Origin: Bacteroidales bacterium
Lineage (GTDB): Bacteria; Bacteroidota; Bacteroidia; Bacteroidales; WCHB1-69
NCBI GenBank assembly: GCA_017554325.1
Contig: JAFZIP010000005.1
Coordinates: 128,211 to 192,210 of the forward strand
Length of the DNA: 64,000 nt
Direction: 5' to 3'
Shown: one piece after another, positions 9,531 to 20,200 of the stretch
How the letters are laid out: each line of letters begins with the position of its first letter
Numbering within the stretch: the first letter of the stretch is position 1
Made by a program: the position numbers and the translations under genes
Notes under the pieces: generated by a model
Seen by the model: the letters and a program-made list of their open reading frames with translations, nothing else
What the model was told of the DNA's origin: nothing
Databases searched by the model: none

Positions 9531-10520
9531 ATGAAAAAATTCCTGTTACGAACCATATTATTCTTCGGCATTCTGCTTCTTCTGGCGTGGTCAGCGGATA
9601 TTTGGATTACGCACCAATTCAAGAAGCTGGAATCCTCCCCTTTCGGCAATTGGAATGACATTTACAGTTCCGATATCCAAAGTGATGTGCTCATCATTGG
9701 TAGTTCGAGAGCCTACGTACAGTTCAACCCTCGCATTTTAGACAGTGTTCTGCATATCAACAGCTACAATTTGGGCATGAACGGGCGGGCAGTGGAATCG
9801 CAAGTCATCAAATACCACACGTATCGGCGCAAGCACAATGCCAAGCCGAAGCTCATTCTTTTTGAAATATATCAGGGTACGTTAGACACCAGCAACGGTT
9901 TCGACCGCCTGCAATTCGTGCCTTATCTCAAGGATCCCGTGCTGTGGAACGATATTCGCAAGGTGGACGGATTCTCGTGGGCCGACTGCTTCATTCCATG
10001 CTGGCGATACAGCCATTACAAAAAAGACGTGAAGGATATCATCCTCGGAAAATCTTTTTATTACTGCGATCCGAAGAACAAATTGTATAAGGGATTTTGC
10101 GACTTTGACAAGCCTTGGGATGGCAGCAGACTGGCCAAAATCGATACCATCCATTACAGCAGGATTCCCTCCGCCATTCATGAATTAGATCAGTTCTTAC
10201 GGGAATGCCAGAATGAAGGAATCCGCGTGGTCTTCGTCATTGCGCCCTACTATATCGGTGCCACTCAGAAGATCGATGACATTGACGGCATGTACGAGCT
10301 GTTCTATTCCATTACAGAGCCCTATCAAATACCGATTATGGACTACACCTATAATCCCATTTCTTGCGACACCAACTATTTTTACAACAATACGCACCTG
10401 AATCGCAAGGGTGCGACCTTGTTCTCATTGAAGTTGGCGCACGATTTGGACTCTTTGCACCTGATACCAGGCAAAGAGCATAATGAACCACCTAAATATG
10501 TTCGGAAATATGACCTATAG
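9531..10520 (+). CDS. Membrane-anchored partner of the MBOAT enzyme (DltD/AlgJ/SGNH-like, tentative)
   Basis: 329 aa with an N-terminal signal-anchor and an IIGSSRA motif shortly after it. The ATG abuts the MBOAT stop (TAA-ATG). Confidence 0.4.
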   Translation: MKKFLLRTILFFGILLLLAWSADIWITHQFKKLESSPFGNWNDIYSSDIQSDVLIIGSSRAYVQFNPRILDSVLHINSYNLGMNGRAVESQVIKYHTYRRKHNAKPKLILFEIYQGTLDTSNGFDRLQFVPYLKDPVLWNDIRKVDGFSWADCFIPCWRYSHYKKDVKDIILGKSFYYCDPKNKLYKGFCDFDKPWDGSRLAKIDTIHYSRIPSAIHELDQFLRECQNEGIRVVFVIAPYYIGATQKIDDIDGMYELFYSITEPYQIPIMDYTYNPISCDTNYFYNNTHLNRKGATLFSLKLAHDLDSLHLIPGKEHNEPPKYVRKYDL

Positions 10521-11465
10521 GTTCGTCAGTACATTCAAAGTCTGCGGTACCAGCTCCACCCGATAGTCTCCAGTGCTCAGCAATTCACCCTCCACCTCGC
10601 TCCGGAGCAAAGTGTCAGAATTTACCTTCAGTCTGTCGGTTTGATACGTGAGGATGCCTTTGATAGACTGAATATGCGTACCCTTGAAAATCCTGCCGAC
10701 ATTGGCCACCACTGTGATACCGCGTACATTGGGAACCACCACCACATCCAACTTACGGTCGTCGGGCACCGCCATGGGCACTTGGCGCATACCACCTCCA
10801 TTGTACTGACAAATGCCAGCCACCATCAGGAAAGATTTGTCCTTGAAATGAAAATCAGACCCGTTGATATCCACCTGCTGGCTTTTATAACGAAACAGGC
10901 ATCTTATAAGACTCAGTACATATACAGAAATACCTAAAAAATGGGGTTTGTTATGGGTAACGTCATGAATCACTTCCGCATCAAAGCCGAAGCCTGCAAT
11001 GTTGATGAAATAGCGATGAGCCTTTTCCACATCATGTTCCAACGTCTTCACCACACCGATATCGTGCTGCATGAAATTGCCTTTGAGAAAAATCTCCAAA
11101 TTCTGGCCGATTTCAGTGGAAAAATTATGTGTACGCGCCCAGTCGTTGCCACGACCCACAGGCATGACGGCGAGATATACCTCGTTCAAGGCCACTCCCG
11201 ACTCGCAGATGCCGTTGACCACCTCGTTGAGTGTGCCATCACCACCGAGCACCATCAGATGCCGGTGCCCATCCATACAAAGCTGGCGGGCAGTCTCAAT
11301 ACCCTTCAGCGGAGCATCTGCAAAATGTATGACATACTGGATATTCTTTTCCCGAAGCAGTTTCTCTATATCTTTCCAAATTTTCAGGCAGTTATGCTCT
11401 CTCGCATTCGGGTTCAGGATCACCTGCCATGTGAACTGAGTTACATTTAAGTTATTAGTAGCCAT
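10515..11465 (-). CDS. Diacylglycerol-kinase-family lipid kinase (YegS/BmrU-like)
   Basis: 316 aa with the DAGK catalytic motif MVLGGDGTLNEVVNG. Confidence 0.8.
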   Translation of the reverse strand: MATNNLNVTQFTWQVILNPNAREHNCLKIWKDIEKLLREKNIQYVIHFADAPLKGIETARQLCMDGHRHLMVLGGDGTLNEVVNGICESGVALNEVYLAVMPVGRGNDWARTHNFSTEIGQNLEIFLKGNFMQHDIGVVKTLEHDVEKAHRYFINIAGFGFDAEVIHDVTHNKPHFLGISVYVLSLIRCLFRYKSQQVDINGSDFHFKDKSFLMVAGICQYNGGGMRQVPMAVPDDRKLDVVVVPNVRGITVVANVGRIFKGTHIQSIKGILTYQTDRLKVNSDTLLRSEVEGELLSTGDYRVELVPQTLNVLTNL

Positions 11466-11474
11466 ATTCAGATA

Positions 11475-12161
11475 TCACTTATTTTCATACAAAGCCAACG
11501 CTTTCTCAGCCGCAGCCTGTTCTGATTTCTTCACCGCAAAGCCCAATCCTTCCGACACTTCCTCTCCATCCAGCAGCACAATAGTCTTGTAAATGTGCCC
11601 ACGGCCATCTGGGACGGATTTGCTGTTAAACTGCACCTTGTGCTTGTTTTTCTGCGCCCAGATCAGGAGGCGGCTCTTGTAGTCATCATCCTCTTCATAA
11701 ACCGTTTCCATATCCAGATGGGTCAGGAAGATATGGTTGATGATAACGTCGTAGGTCCTCTTGTATCCCAGATCCAGGTAAATAGCTCCGACCACAGCTT
11801 CGAAGGCATTGCCGTTGACACTGTCGCCGTTGAGTTTGCATCCCTTTTTGATCATGTCGTGCAAGCCGAGTTTTACAGCCAGAGCATTGAGCCGGGCACG
11901 GTTAACCAGTTTGGAGCGCATGCGCGTGAGTACACCTTCTGATTCCATAGGATATTTATGGAAAAGAAAATCCGCTGTGACTGCACTCAACATGGCATCG
12001 CCCAAGTACTCCAACCTTTCGTTGTTCACCTTGCCAACAATAGCATTGTTTTCGGAACTTGACCGATGAGTAAGGGCTATCTTATAGAGGTCCACATGCC
12101 GGATACGTAAGCCAAAGACATTGCGAAAATAGGCACGAAACTCCTTGTTGGTCAGCTCCAT
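11475..12161 (-). CDS. rnc: Ribonuclease III
   Basis: 228 aa with the RNase III signature ERLEYLGDAML and a C-terminal dsRBD-like segment. It lies downstream of fabF, as is usual. Confidence 0.9.
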   Translation of the reverse strand: MELTNKEFRAYFRNVFGLRIRHVDLYKIALTHRSSSENNAIVGKVNNERLEYLGDAMLSAVTADFLFHKYPMESEGVLTRMRSKLVNRARLNALAVKLGLHDMIKKGCKLNGDSVNGNAFEAVVGAIYLDLGYKRTYDVIINHIFLTHLDMETVYEEDDDYKSRLLIWAQKNKHKVQFNSKSVPDGRGHIYKTIVLLDGEEVSEGLGFAVKKSEQAAAEKALALYENK

Positions 12162-12163
12162 GG

Positions 12164-13417
12164 CTATTTCTCAAACTTCTTGTAAATGAGCGTAACATTG
12201 TGGCCGCCAAACCCGAACGAGTTGGTAAGGCCCACACGCACGTCGCGGTGAACGGGACCGTTGAGCGCATAATTCCAGTTCTGTGGCAATTTGGGATCCA
12301 AGTGCTCCACATTGATGGTGGGATGGATCAGGCTGTCGCGCATGGAGAGCAGAATGGCCAGGCTTTCCACTGCAGCACCGGCACCCATGAGGTGGCCGAT
12401 CATGGATTTGGTCGAGTTCATAACCATCTTTTCAGCATGGTCACCAAACACCTGCTGAATGGCGAGACATTCGGAGAGATCGCCTAACGGGGTGGAGGTG
12501 CCGTGCATATTGATGTAGTCGATGTCTTCGGGGCGCAATTCCGCATCCTCCAGGGCTTGCGTCATGGATTCCACCGCACCGAGGCCACTGGGATTGGGGG
12601 CGGTGGCGTTGTATGCGTCTGCGGACATGCCGATACCGGCAACTTCAGCATAGATTTTCGCGCCGCGCGCAAGGGCATGGTCCAGTTCCTCCAGCATCAG
12701 CGTGGCTGCACCCTCACCCATCACAAAGCCATCGCGGTCCACGTCATAGGGACGGGACGCGTGCTTGGGATCGTCATTGCGGGTGGAGAGCGCTCTCATG
12801 GAGTTGAATCCGCCGATGGCGGTCTCCACGATGCTAGCTTCCGTGCCGCCAGTGAATATAATGTCAGCCTTGCCCAGCTGGATGAGCCGGAGCGCGTCGC
12901 CGATGGCATTGCCGGCAGAGGCGCAGGCAGAGCTGGTCACGTAAGCGGGTCCGCGCAGGCCGAATTTGAGGGATATGTAGCCTGTCACCATGTCGGCGAG
13001 CACCTTCAGCAGAAGGTAGGGGCTGAATCTCGGCGTGTAGTCGTTGGAGAAGAACGCATACGCGGACTCCATCATAGCGGTGAAGCCGCCCACGCCCGTG
13101 CCAAAGATGACACCTACGCGCCGCTTGTCAACACTATCCAGATCGAGGCCCGAGTCGCGCAACGCTTCCATCACAGTAATCATCGCATACTGCGCGCAAG
13201 GATCCATGCGCTGGGCTTCCTTTCCGGGCAAGTAATCCAATACATTAAATCCCTTGAGCTCACAGGCGAACTTCGTCTGGAACTTCTCGGGATTGAAATG
13301 TGTTATAATATCTGCACCGGAAACACCCTTCAACAAGGAATTCCAGTAAGTATTGACATCGTTACCGATTGGAGTTAATGCACCCAAACCGGTAACGACA
13401 ACTCGTTTGAGTTCCAT
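12164..13417 (-). CDS. fabF: 3-oxoacyl-ACP synthase II
   Basis: 417 aa with the active-site Cys context SSACASAGNAIG and His motifs NMHGTSTPLGD and GHLMGAGAA. Confidence 0.93.
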   Translation of the reverse strand: MELKRVVVTGLGALTPIGNDVNTYWNSLLKGVSGADIITHFNPEKFQTKFACELKGFNVLDYLPGKEAQRMDPCAQYAMITVMEALRDSGLDLDSVDKRRVGVIFGTGVGGFTAMMESAYAFFSNDYTPRFSPYLLLKVLADMVTGYISLKFGLRGPAYVTSSACASAGNAIGDALRLIQLGKADIIFTGGTEASIVETAIGGFNSMRALSTRNDDPKHASRPYDVDRDGFVMGEGAATLMLEELDHALARGAKIYAEVAGIGMSADAYNATAPNPSGLGAVESMTQALEDAELRPEDIDYINMHGTSTPLGDLSECLAIQQVFGDHAEKMVMNSTKSMIGHLMGAGAAVESLAILLSMRDSLIHPTINVEHLDPKLPQNWNYALNGPVHRDVRVGLTNSFGFGGHNVTLIYKKFEK

Positions 13418-13450
13418 AACTCAAAGGTATAATATTAGTATATCTTGATA

Positions 13451-13693
13451 TTACTTGGGAGCTACTTTACTTTCAATGTAGGCAACCGCATCACCGACTG
13501 TCATGATTTTCTCTGTCTCCTCATCGGGAATCTTAATGCCAAACACGTTTTCGAATTCCATAATCAGTTCTACGGTATCCAAGGAATCAGCACCGAGATC
13601 GTTGGTGAAGCTCTTTTCAGGAGTTACATCGGCAGCGTCAACGCTGAGTTTCTCTGCAATGATGGACTGTACTTTCTCTAAAATTTCTGACAT
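13451..13693 (-). CDS. acpP: Acyl carrier protein
   Basis: Carries the DSLDTVEL phosphopantetheine-Ser motif. I placed the start at MSEILEK (ATG 13693-13691) rather than at the track start 13720. Confidence 0.92.
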   Translation of the reverse strand: MSEILEKVQSIIAEKLSVDAADVTPEKSFTNDLGADSLDTVELIMEFENVFGIKIPDEETEKIMTVGDAVAYIESKVAPK

Positions 13694-14031
13694 AATAATG
13701 AATTTTAAAACAGACTGCAAAAATACACTTTTTTTAATAACTCACTTTTTTTTTGTTTTTTTCATAAAAACAGCAACGGCAAGAAACACCCAGATTATAC
13801 AATATTTGTCGTCTTCATGCCATTTTCACGCCAAAAAACCAACCTGATCTTCTTTACCGCAAGCATCCGTACTGTTTTTCTCAGCCTTCATCAAAAAAAT
13901 ATCGTATTGATAATTAGTATCTTGATTAAAAAAATCAAAAAATAACGTCCAAACTATTGGATGGAATGAAAAAAAGACTATTTTTGCGGCCTCAAAACAG
14001 AGACAAGTTCTTTGAAAAAAAAAATTGCAGT

Positions 14032-14104
14032 GCCGATATAGCTCAGTTGGTAGAGCAGCTGATTTGTAATCAGCCGGTCGTGGGTTCAAGTCCCTCTATC
14101 GGCT
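14032..14104 (+). tRNA. tRNA-Thr (anticodon TGT)
   Basis: Cloverleaf read by eye: acceptor GCCGATA/TATCGGC, D-arm GCTC-AGTTGGTA-GAGC, anticodon arm GCTGA-TTTGTAA-TCAGC, T-loop TTCAAGT. Confidence 0.9.
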
Positions 14105-14126
14105 CTAAGGCACAAAGAAATATGAT

Positions 14127-14208
14127 GGGAGAGTTCCAGAGCGGTCAAATGGGACAGACTGTAAATCTGCTGGCTAAGCCTTCGGAGGTTCGAATCCTTC
14201 CTCTCCCA
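14127..14208 (+). tRNA. tRNA-Tyr (anticodon GTA), long variable arm
   Basis: Acceptor GGGAGAG/CTCTCCC, anticodon loop CTGTAAA, T-arm GGAGG-TTCGAAT-CCTTC, class II variable arm. Confidence 0.9.
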
Positions 14209-14215
14209 CTCAATT

Positions 14216-14288
14216 GCGGAAGTAGCTCATTTGGCAGAGCGACAGCCTTCCAAGCTGTAGGTGGCGGGTTCGAGCCCCGTTTTCCGCT
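14216..14288 (+). tRNA. tRNA-Gly (anticodon TCC)
   Basis: Acceptor GCGGAAG/TTTCCGC, anticodon arm CAGC-CTTCCAA-GCTG, T-loop TTCGAGC. Confidence 0.88.
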
Positions 14289-14311
14289 CATCTTACAACA
14301 TTTACGCATAG

Positions 14312-14341
14312 AGCCGTCACGATGTGACGGCTTATTTTTTT
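14312..14341 (+). terminator. Intrinsic terminator after the tRNA cluster
   Basis: AGCCGTCAC (14312-14320) pairs with GTGACGGCT (14324-14332) around a 3-nt loop, followed by a T-run. Confidence 0.8.
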
Positions 14342-14346
14342 GTCGG

Positions 14347-14378
14347 AGCCGCCACGTTGGGACGGCTTTACTTTTTTT
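14347..14378 (+). terminator. Second, degenerate copy of the same terminator hairpin
   Basis: AGCCGCCAC-GTT-GGGACGGCT pairs at 7 of 9 positions and is followed by a T-run. It looks like a tandem duplicate of the 14312 hairpin. Confidence 0.5.
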
Positions 14379-14449
14379 GTACCTTTGCCGCCTTGAACTA
14401 CTAATAATAGTCTCTAATCTCTAATCTATCATCTCTAATCCAATCAAGC

Positions 14450-15844
14450 ATGGTTGCTCCCGATTACATACTACATAAGATACAAGGCAAAAAGATTGTG
14501 ATTCTCGGTTTCGGCAAGGAGGGCATCTCCACCTACCGTTTCATCCGCAAGCATTTCCCCGACATGCCGCTCACCATTGCCGACGGCAACGCCAACTTGC
14601 GCACCGACGAGTTTGAGGACCCCAACATCCGGTTTGTCACAGGCGAGGGTTACGACCAGAACCTCAACGACTACGATCTCATCTTCAAAACCCCGGGCAT
14701 CAGTTTCAACAAGGTGAACTACTGGATCGAGACCGAGCGCATCACCTCACAGACCAACCTGTTCCTGGAGGCTTACCACCAGCGGGTAATCGGCATCACG
14801 GGCACCAAAGGCAAAAGCACCACCTCGTCGCTCATTTACCACATCTTGCACGAAGCTGGGCGCGATGTGCTGCTGGCGGGCAACATCGGCGTACCTTTCT
14901 TCGATATCATCGAACAGATGACGGACAAAACCCTTGTGGTGGCCGAACTTTCCGCCCACCAGCTGGAGTTTGTGCAATGCTCGCCCGACTATGCCGTATT
15001 GCTGAATCTCTATCAAGAACACCTTGACCATTTCAACTCCTTCAACAACTACCAAATCGCGAAGATGAACATCACCAAATTCCAGGAATACGAGAATTTC
15101 TTTGTTTACAACGGTGATGACGAGCACATTCCGGAGTTGATGAAACGGTTTGACTACAACCGCACGCGCTGCATTTTCGGCACCAAGCCATACAACGGTC
15201 TCTACGCCTGCTGCACCGACCGTGTCATCCACTTTGCCACAAACGGACATGTGGAAGATGAATACGACCTGCGCTACTATCAAAACCTGCCCGGCACGCA
15301 CAACTACTACAACATCATGGCAGCCATCGCCATCTGCCGGCAAGTAGGGCTTTCGCACGACGACATCATGGGCGGCTTGCGCACCTTCAAAGGGCTGCCC
15401 AACCGCATTGAGTTCGTGGGCCGGTTCAACGGCATCAGCTTCTACAACGACAGCATCTCCACCATCCCGGAAGCCACTATTGCAGCCGTGAAAGCCCTGC
15501 GCAAGGTGGATACGCTCATCATCGGAGGCTACGACCGCGGAATTGAATACGGCATTCTCATCGACTTTTTGCGCGAGAATCCCGTCCCCAACATTGCATT
15601 CACCGGGCCAGCCGGCAAACGCATCTTCAACGAATGGAAACCTCAGGGCAACCTGCCTGAACAGTACATTCTGGAAGACGATTTCAGCAGAATTGTTGAT
15701 TTCGCCTTCGAAAAAACGGAAGAGGGTCGCATCGTACTGCTCTCCCCTGCTGCCGCCTCCTACGACCAGTTCAAGAATTTCGAAGAACGTGGCCGCGTTT
15801 TCAAGCAACTCATCTTTGAAAAAAGCAAAACAATCCAACAATGA
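14450..15844 (+). CDS. Mur-ligase family enzyme, MurD-like (UDP-MurNAc-L-Ala:glutamate ligase-like), outside any dcw cluster
   Basis: 464 aa with an N-terminal Rossmann segment KIVILGFGKEG and the Mur ligase P-loop GITGTKGKSTT. The C-terminal domain has NDSISTIPEA. Confidence 0.8.
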   Translation: MVAPDYILHKIQGKKIVILGFGKEGISTYRFIRKHFPDMPLTIADGNANLRTDEFEDPNIRFVTGEGYDQNLNDYDLIFKTPGISFNKVNYWIETERITSQTNLFLEAYHQRVIGITGTKGKSTTSSLIYHILHEAGRDVLLAGNIGVPFFDIIEQMTDKTLVVAELSAHQLEFVQCSPDYAVLLNLYQEHLDHFNSFNNYQIAKMNITKFQEYENFFVYNGDDEHIPELMKRFDYNRTRCIFGTKPYNGLYACCTDRVIHFATNGHVEDEYDLRYYQNLPGTHNYYNIMAAIAICRQVGLSHDDIMGGLRTFKGLPNRIEFVGRFNGISFYNDSISTIPEATIAAVKALRKVDTLIIGGYDRGIEYGILIDFLRENPVPNIAFTGPAGKRIFNEWKPQGNLPEQYILEDDFSRIVDFAFEKTEEGRIVLLSPAAASYDQFKNFEERGRVFKQLIFEKSKTIQQ

Positions 15845-16377
15845 AAAAAATCATTCTGCTCACAGCCATTGCACTCCCTCTGATTTTCGGGAGTTGCTTC
15901 AACAGAACCGACAAAACGGAAGAACCTGCCACTGAAGAACAGACGGGCAATGGTTCCAACCCCTACGTTTCCGACCTGGAAGCCGACAACGCCTCAGGCT
16001 CAATTGATGAAAACCTCTCAGGCAACGTCATCACACTCACCTCTTCCGAATTCATCGAAAAGGTTTGTGACATTAACAATCCCAAAGGTTTTGGCTACAA
16101 GGGCAAAACGCCCTGCCTGGTGGACTTTTATGCGGGCTGGTGCAGGCCCTGCATGCAGCTCAAACCGATTGTGCATGAGTTGGCTAAAGAATACAAAGGC
16201 AATCTGATCGTCTATTCGGTTGATGTGGACCGTGCGCCAGATGTATGCGAAGCTTTCGGCATTGAGAGCATCCCCACCCTTATCTTCTTCAGCCGCACCA
16301 AGCAACCCGCAAAATTGGTGGGATATATGGAGAAAGAGGAATTACAAACCGCCATCAACGACTATATTCAGGAATAA
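15841..16377 (+). CDS. Thioredoxin-fold lipoprotein
   Basis: 178 aa with a lipoprotein-type signal (LIFGSC) and a WCRPC redox motif. The ATG overlaps the MurD-like stop (ATGA). Confidence 0.8.
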   Translation: MKKIILLTAIALPLIFGSCFNRTDKTEEPATEEQTGNGSNPYVSDLEADNASGSIDENLSGNVITLTSSEFIEKVCDINNPKGFGYKGKTPCLVDFYAGWCRPCMQLKPIVHELAKEYKGNLIVYSVDVDRAPDVCEAFGIESIPTLIFFSRTKQPAKLVGYMEKEELQTAINDYIQE

Positions 16378-16380
16378 TCC

Positions 16381-17226
16381 TTGCGAAAAGTCCTTCTTTT
16401 TATCGGCTGCTGCTGTGCGTTTTGCAGCTCACGGGCGCAGATAGCCTGCGACTCCGTGACATCCGTTTTCCGTCACTGGGAGGAGCGCATTGCCAGCCTC
16501 AATTATGAGGATCCGGAGCTCATCAACCTGCATTATCTTTTTTTGCAAGACATCCAAAAGGAGATTCATCGTTTCCAGGAACGGGATCTGCCCAAATTGC
16601 ATTATTGTTTGCAATTGGACTATTACGGCACCAAAGCCGATTTCCAGAAAGTGCAATACAAGGCCAATCGGGCCGAAGCCGTCCTGTCGGAGCGCAAAGC
16701 GCTCGTTGACCGAATGTTTTACGAAAGGGCAAAGGAGGATTTGGCCTTCCTCGACACCATCAACGCCCTGTACAACCTGGACCGGGCACTACAATTCAAC
16801 AAATACCAGCCGGAGGCTCTGCTCATGAAAGCCCGCCTCAAATTGGCACAGAAATCCTATCAGGAGAGCGTCGATCTTATCCATCTGCTCTACACTCAGG
16901 CTGAACTGAATGATGAAATGGAGATGGCCGTCTCGGATTTCACCTTGGAACTCTACGAAGAATTGTATCAGGTGGGTGACAATCTGGTGAAGAATAACCG
17001 TTCAGCGGAAGCTCTGGAAGTATTTCTGGCTTTGGAGCAATTCTGCACCAACATGCCGTCGGGCTACTGCAACGACGACTATTACCGCGGCATCCTGCGC
17101 TCGCGCGAAGGAGTCTATGAGTCTTACATCGCCATCGCGCGCGAGGCGGAGCTCAGACACAACCATGAAATGGCTCGAAAATTCTATCAATACGCTGAAG
17201 AATGGAAACAACGCGGTAAACAATAA
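16381..17226 (+). CDS. Hypothetical secreted helical-repeat protein
   Basis: 281 aa with a TTG start in the track and a Cys-rich signal peptide. I recognise no catalytic motif. It lies 3 nt after the thioredoxin stop. Confidence 0.45.
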   Translation: MRKVLLFIGCCCAFCSSRAQIACDSVTSVFRHWEERIASLNYEDPELINLHYLFLQDIQKEIHRFQERDLPKLHYCLQLDYYGTKADFQKVQYKANRAEAVLSERKALVDRMFYERAKEDLAFLDTINALYNLDRALQFNKYQPEALLMKARLKLAQKSYQESVDLIHLLYTQAELNDEMEMAVSDFTLELYEELYQVGDNLVKNNRSAEALEVFLALEQFCTNMPSGYCNDDYYRGILRSREGVYESYIAIAREAELRHNHEMARKFYQYAEEWKQRGKQ

Positions 17227-17269
17227 GCTTCCGCTTTCTTCCGTTACATATTTCGTAAAAAAATCTATC

Positions 17270-20200
17270 ATGAAAAAAACATTTATTATTCTTTCCGGGA
17301 TAATTCTCCTCACTATGAACCTATCAGCACAGCAATCTCCGAAAGAGATCAAATCATTATTGGATAAATATGAGCAGCAACTCATGCGTCTTGATAATGG
17401 ATATGATACTGTCTATCAAGAAATTTATTACCAAATTAAGCAGCAATACAACCCCGCCAACCGAGCCATTTGGCACAGTTGCATGGCCCAGTTTCTCAAC
17501 AACTATTACCAGGAGAACCGCTGGCGCATTCTGGAACGCACGCCCGTGGAAGGTGGAATACCCGACGATCTCAAATTATGGGACATCCAGACTTTGGTAA
17601 AACAGATTGTCTTCCATTACCAGCAGTCGCTGCGCGATGAGGACCTCCTGATCCAAATCTCCATCCGGGAATACGCTCCACTGCTCGACTCTGTGTACGC
17701 TGACGAGTATCGTCCTACGCTATACGACCTTCTGGCTTTCCGTGCGCTGGATTTTCTGAGCCGTCGCATCAGCGAGATGCCCATCCCCGCTACGCCTTTT
17801 GATGTAAACAACGGCAAATACTGGTCGGAGAACAGTGTTTTCACCAACATGAACATTAGCTCACCCGACGAATTTTCGTTCTCCTATCATTCCTTGAAAA
17901 TCATGCAGACCCTCACGCAGCTGCATCTGAACGACATCGACCCGCACGCGTTGTTGGATGTGACGCTGCGGAGGTACGAGTATCTTTCTTCCAACTGCAC
18001 CCTGGAGAACGCTTCCGAAACTCATTTGAAAGAATTGCTGAAGCTGGAACAGCAGTATCGCAACCGGACGGGGCATGAAATGGTGGCTTACCAGTTAGGA
18101 GAATACTACCAAAAGCGTGGAAGTTCCTACGATAAAAACACACATCCGGAATATGCCAACGACTACGTAACTGCCATTGAATGGTTCCAAAAGGCCATTG
18201 ATGACGATCCCAAGTCCCTTGAAGGACGCAATTCTCAAGTGGAGATCAATCAAATACAGCAATCCAGCATCGGTTTCTCTGTGGTCAACATCATGCCGGT
18301 TGGCAAATCCAACCTTATCAATTTCAACTACAAAAACAGCCGGTACATCTATTTCCGAATCATCCCCATCACAGATGCTGAATATACCCAGTTGATGAGA
18401 AGCAATCGTTTCTATCAGGATCTGATTGCCAAAAAGAATATCTATGAAACCAGCTTTGCCGCACCCGATGAAAAAGATTACAGGATGAAGAGCGGTCATT
18501 TCCTGCTGCCTGCTATGAAGCAAGGTCTCTATATCTTGCTGGCATCCAATGCTCCCTTCAGCAGCAACAGTATGGGCGACTACGCTTACACCAAAGTCCG
18601 CATCTCGAATCTGGCGGTCAACTACCGCTCCAACGGCACACTGTATGAGTTCTTCGCCACCGACCGTTCCACCGGGCGCCCCATTGAGGGGGTGAACGTC
18701 TCTGTACAAACATTTTCAGACTACCAACACAAAAAACAACTCTCTCATTATAAGCTCACCACCGACAAAAATGGCCGTTGTGAGTACCGATTTGCAGACA
18801 AAGAAATTGGCCGTCTGCGCGTCACAGTGAGCAAGAGCGGTGAAGAGTTTACCCTCATTGAAAACAATTGGATGGAGAAGCCCTATTCTGGAAGCCGTGA
18901 TGATTTACGCACTTACATTTTCACTGACCGCACCATTTACCGTCCGGGCCAGACCGTCTATTACAAAGGCATTGTGGTGAAGGAAACGTCCGAATCCGGT
19001 CACTATCGAACGGTCAGCAAGGATGTGGCCATCGCTGAGATTGAGAATGTTATTTTGAAAGATGCCAACTGGCAGGACATTGAAAAGGTTGATGTGACCA
19101 CTAACGAATATGGTTCCTTCTCCGGCAGTTTTGTTTTGCCCACTTCGGGATTGAACGGCACCTTCCATATCCACTGCAACCATGGTTCAGCCGACATTCA
19201 GGTGGAAGAGTACAAGCGCCCCACCTTTGAGGTGGAGATGGAGCAGCCCAAAGAGCAATTCAAAATCGACCAAGAGGTGAAGGTAAGCGGCACTGTGAAG
19301 GCCTACGCCGGTTACGCGTTGGAAGGTGCTACGGTCAAGTACAATGTCGTGCGCGAGGCCAGTTTCCCGTGGTGGCGCTGGTGGTGGTATTCGCCCAGCA
19401 GTCCTTCGCAACAGATAGCTTCCGGCGAGGTGACGACCGATGCCGATGGCAAGTTCCTCATCCAGTTCACCGCACTGCCCGATTTGGAATCGCAACGCTA
19501 CAACCCGCTGTACCGCTACAAAATCACCGTTGATGTAACCGACATCACAGGCGAGACGCACTCCGCAAACACCTCCGTGCTGGTCAGCAAAAACAGTCTG
19601 ATGATCAACAGTGACCTGCCCGAGCATCTGTTCACCAGCGACAAGAACGCCTTTGCCGTGAAGGCCACCAACCTAGCCGGCGAGCCGCAAAAGGCCGTGC
19701 TGCACTATGAGATTGCCGCCTTACAAACTCCTGCGGAATACCTCAACGAGTGCCCCAGCCACGACTTCTACCTCTCCGACTCCACGGCCATGAAAAAGGC
19801 TCTGCCTTATCTTGACTTCCAGAATAAGCGCCGTATGGAGAATTGGGAGGGGGACATTGTCTGCGGCGGCGAATTTGAAGCCGACGGCAAGCGAATTTTC
19901 TCCATTCCGAATCTGGAAAAACTTGCTGAAGGCACCTACAAAATCACTTTCACCACCCGCGACCAAGACAGGAATGAGATTACCCAAGAAAATTTCTTCA
20001 CCCTCCATAACGAGAAAAGCAAGAAATCCGTCGCCTACAAGCCGCTGTGGATTCATCAGCAGAATGGGGAAACCAGCGAGGTGGGCGAAACCATCCACGT
20101 GACCATCGAAACGTACTTGAAGGACGCTTCTGTGCTTTGCGAAATATTCTCCAACGACAAACTGATAGAATCCAAATGGGTGAATCTGGATCGTGGCAAG

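Noticed and set aside
14401-14440. Short oligonucleotide micro-repeats in intergenic spacers: TCTAATC x3-4 here, TGAACGATG x3 at 57389-57421, AATTCC/AATTTCC at 42095-42120 and CCTTTGCG x3 at 46790-46815.
   Set aside because: They are too short and irregular for CRISPR, iterons or known REP elements. Similar simple spacers seem common in Bacteroidales intergenic DNA. I note them only as possible lineage-specific spacer motifs.
17117-17269. Upstream extension of the A2M ORF in the track. The same issue applies to 54791-55072 for the hydrogenase-like gene, 31706-31759 for the DUF3307-like gene, 32401-32442 for the SatD-like gene and 13694-13720 for acpP.
   Set aside because: The extensions overlap the preceding gene or regulatory repeats and lack signal-peptide or conserved sequence. 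Internal ATGs give canonical N-termini.
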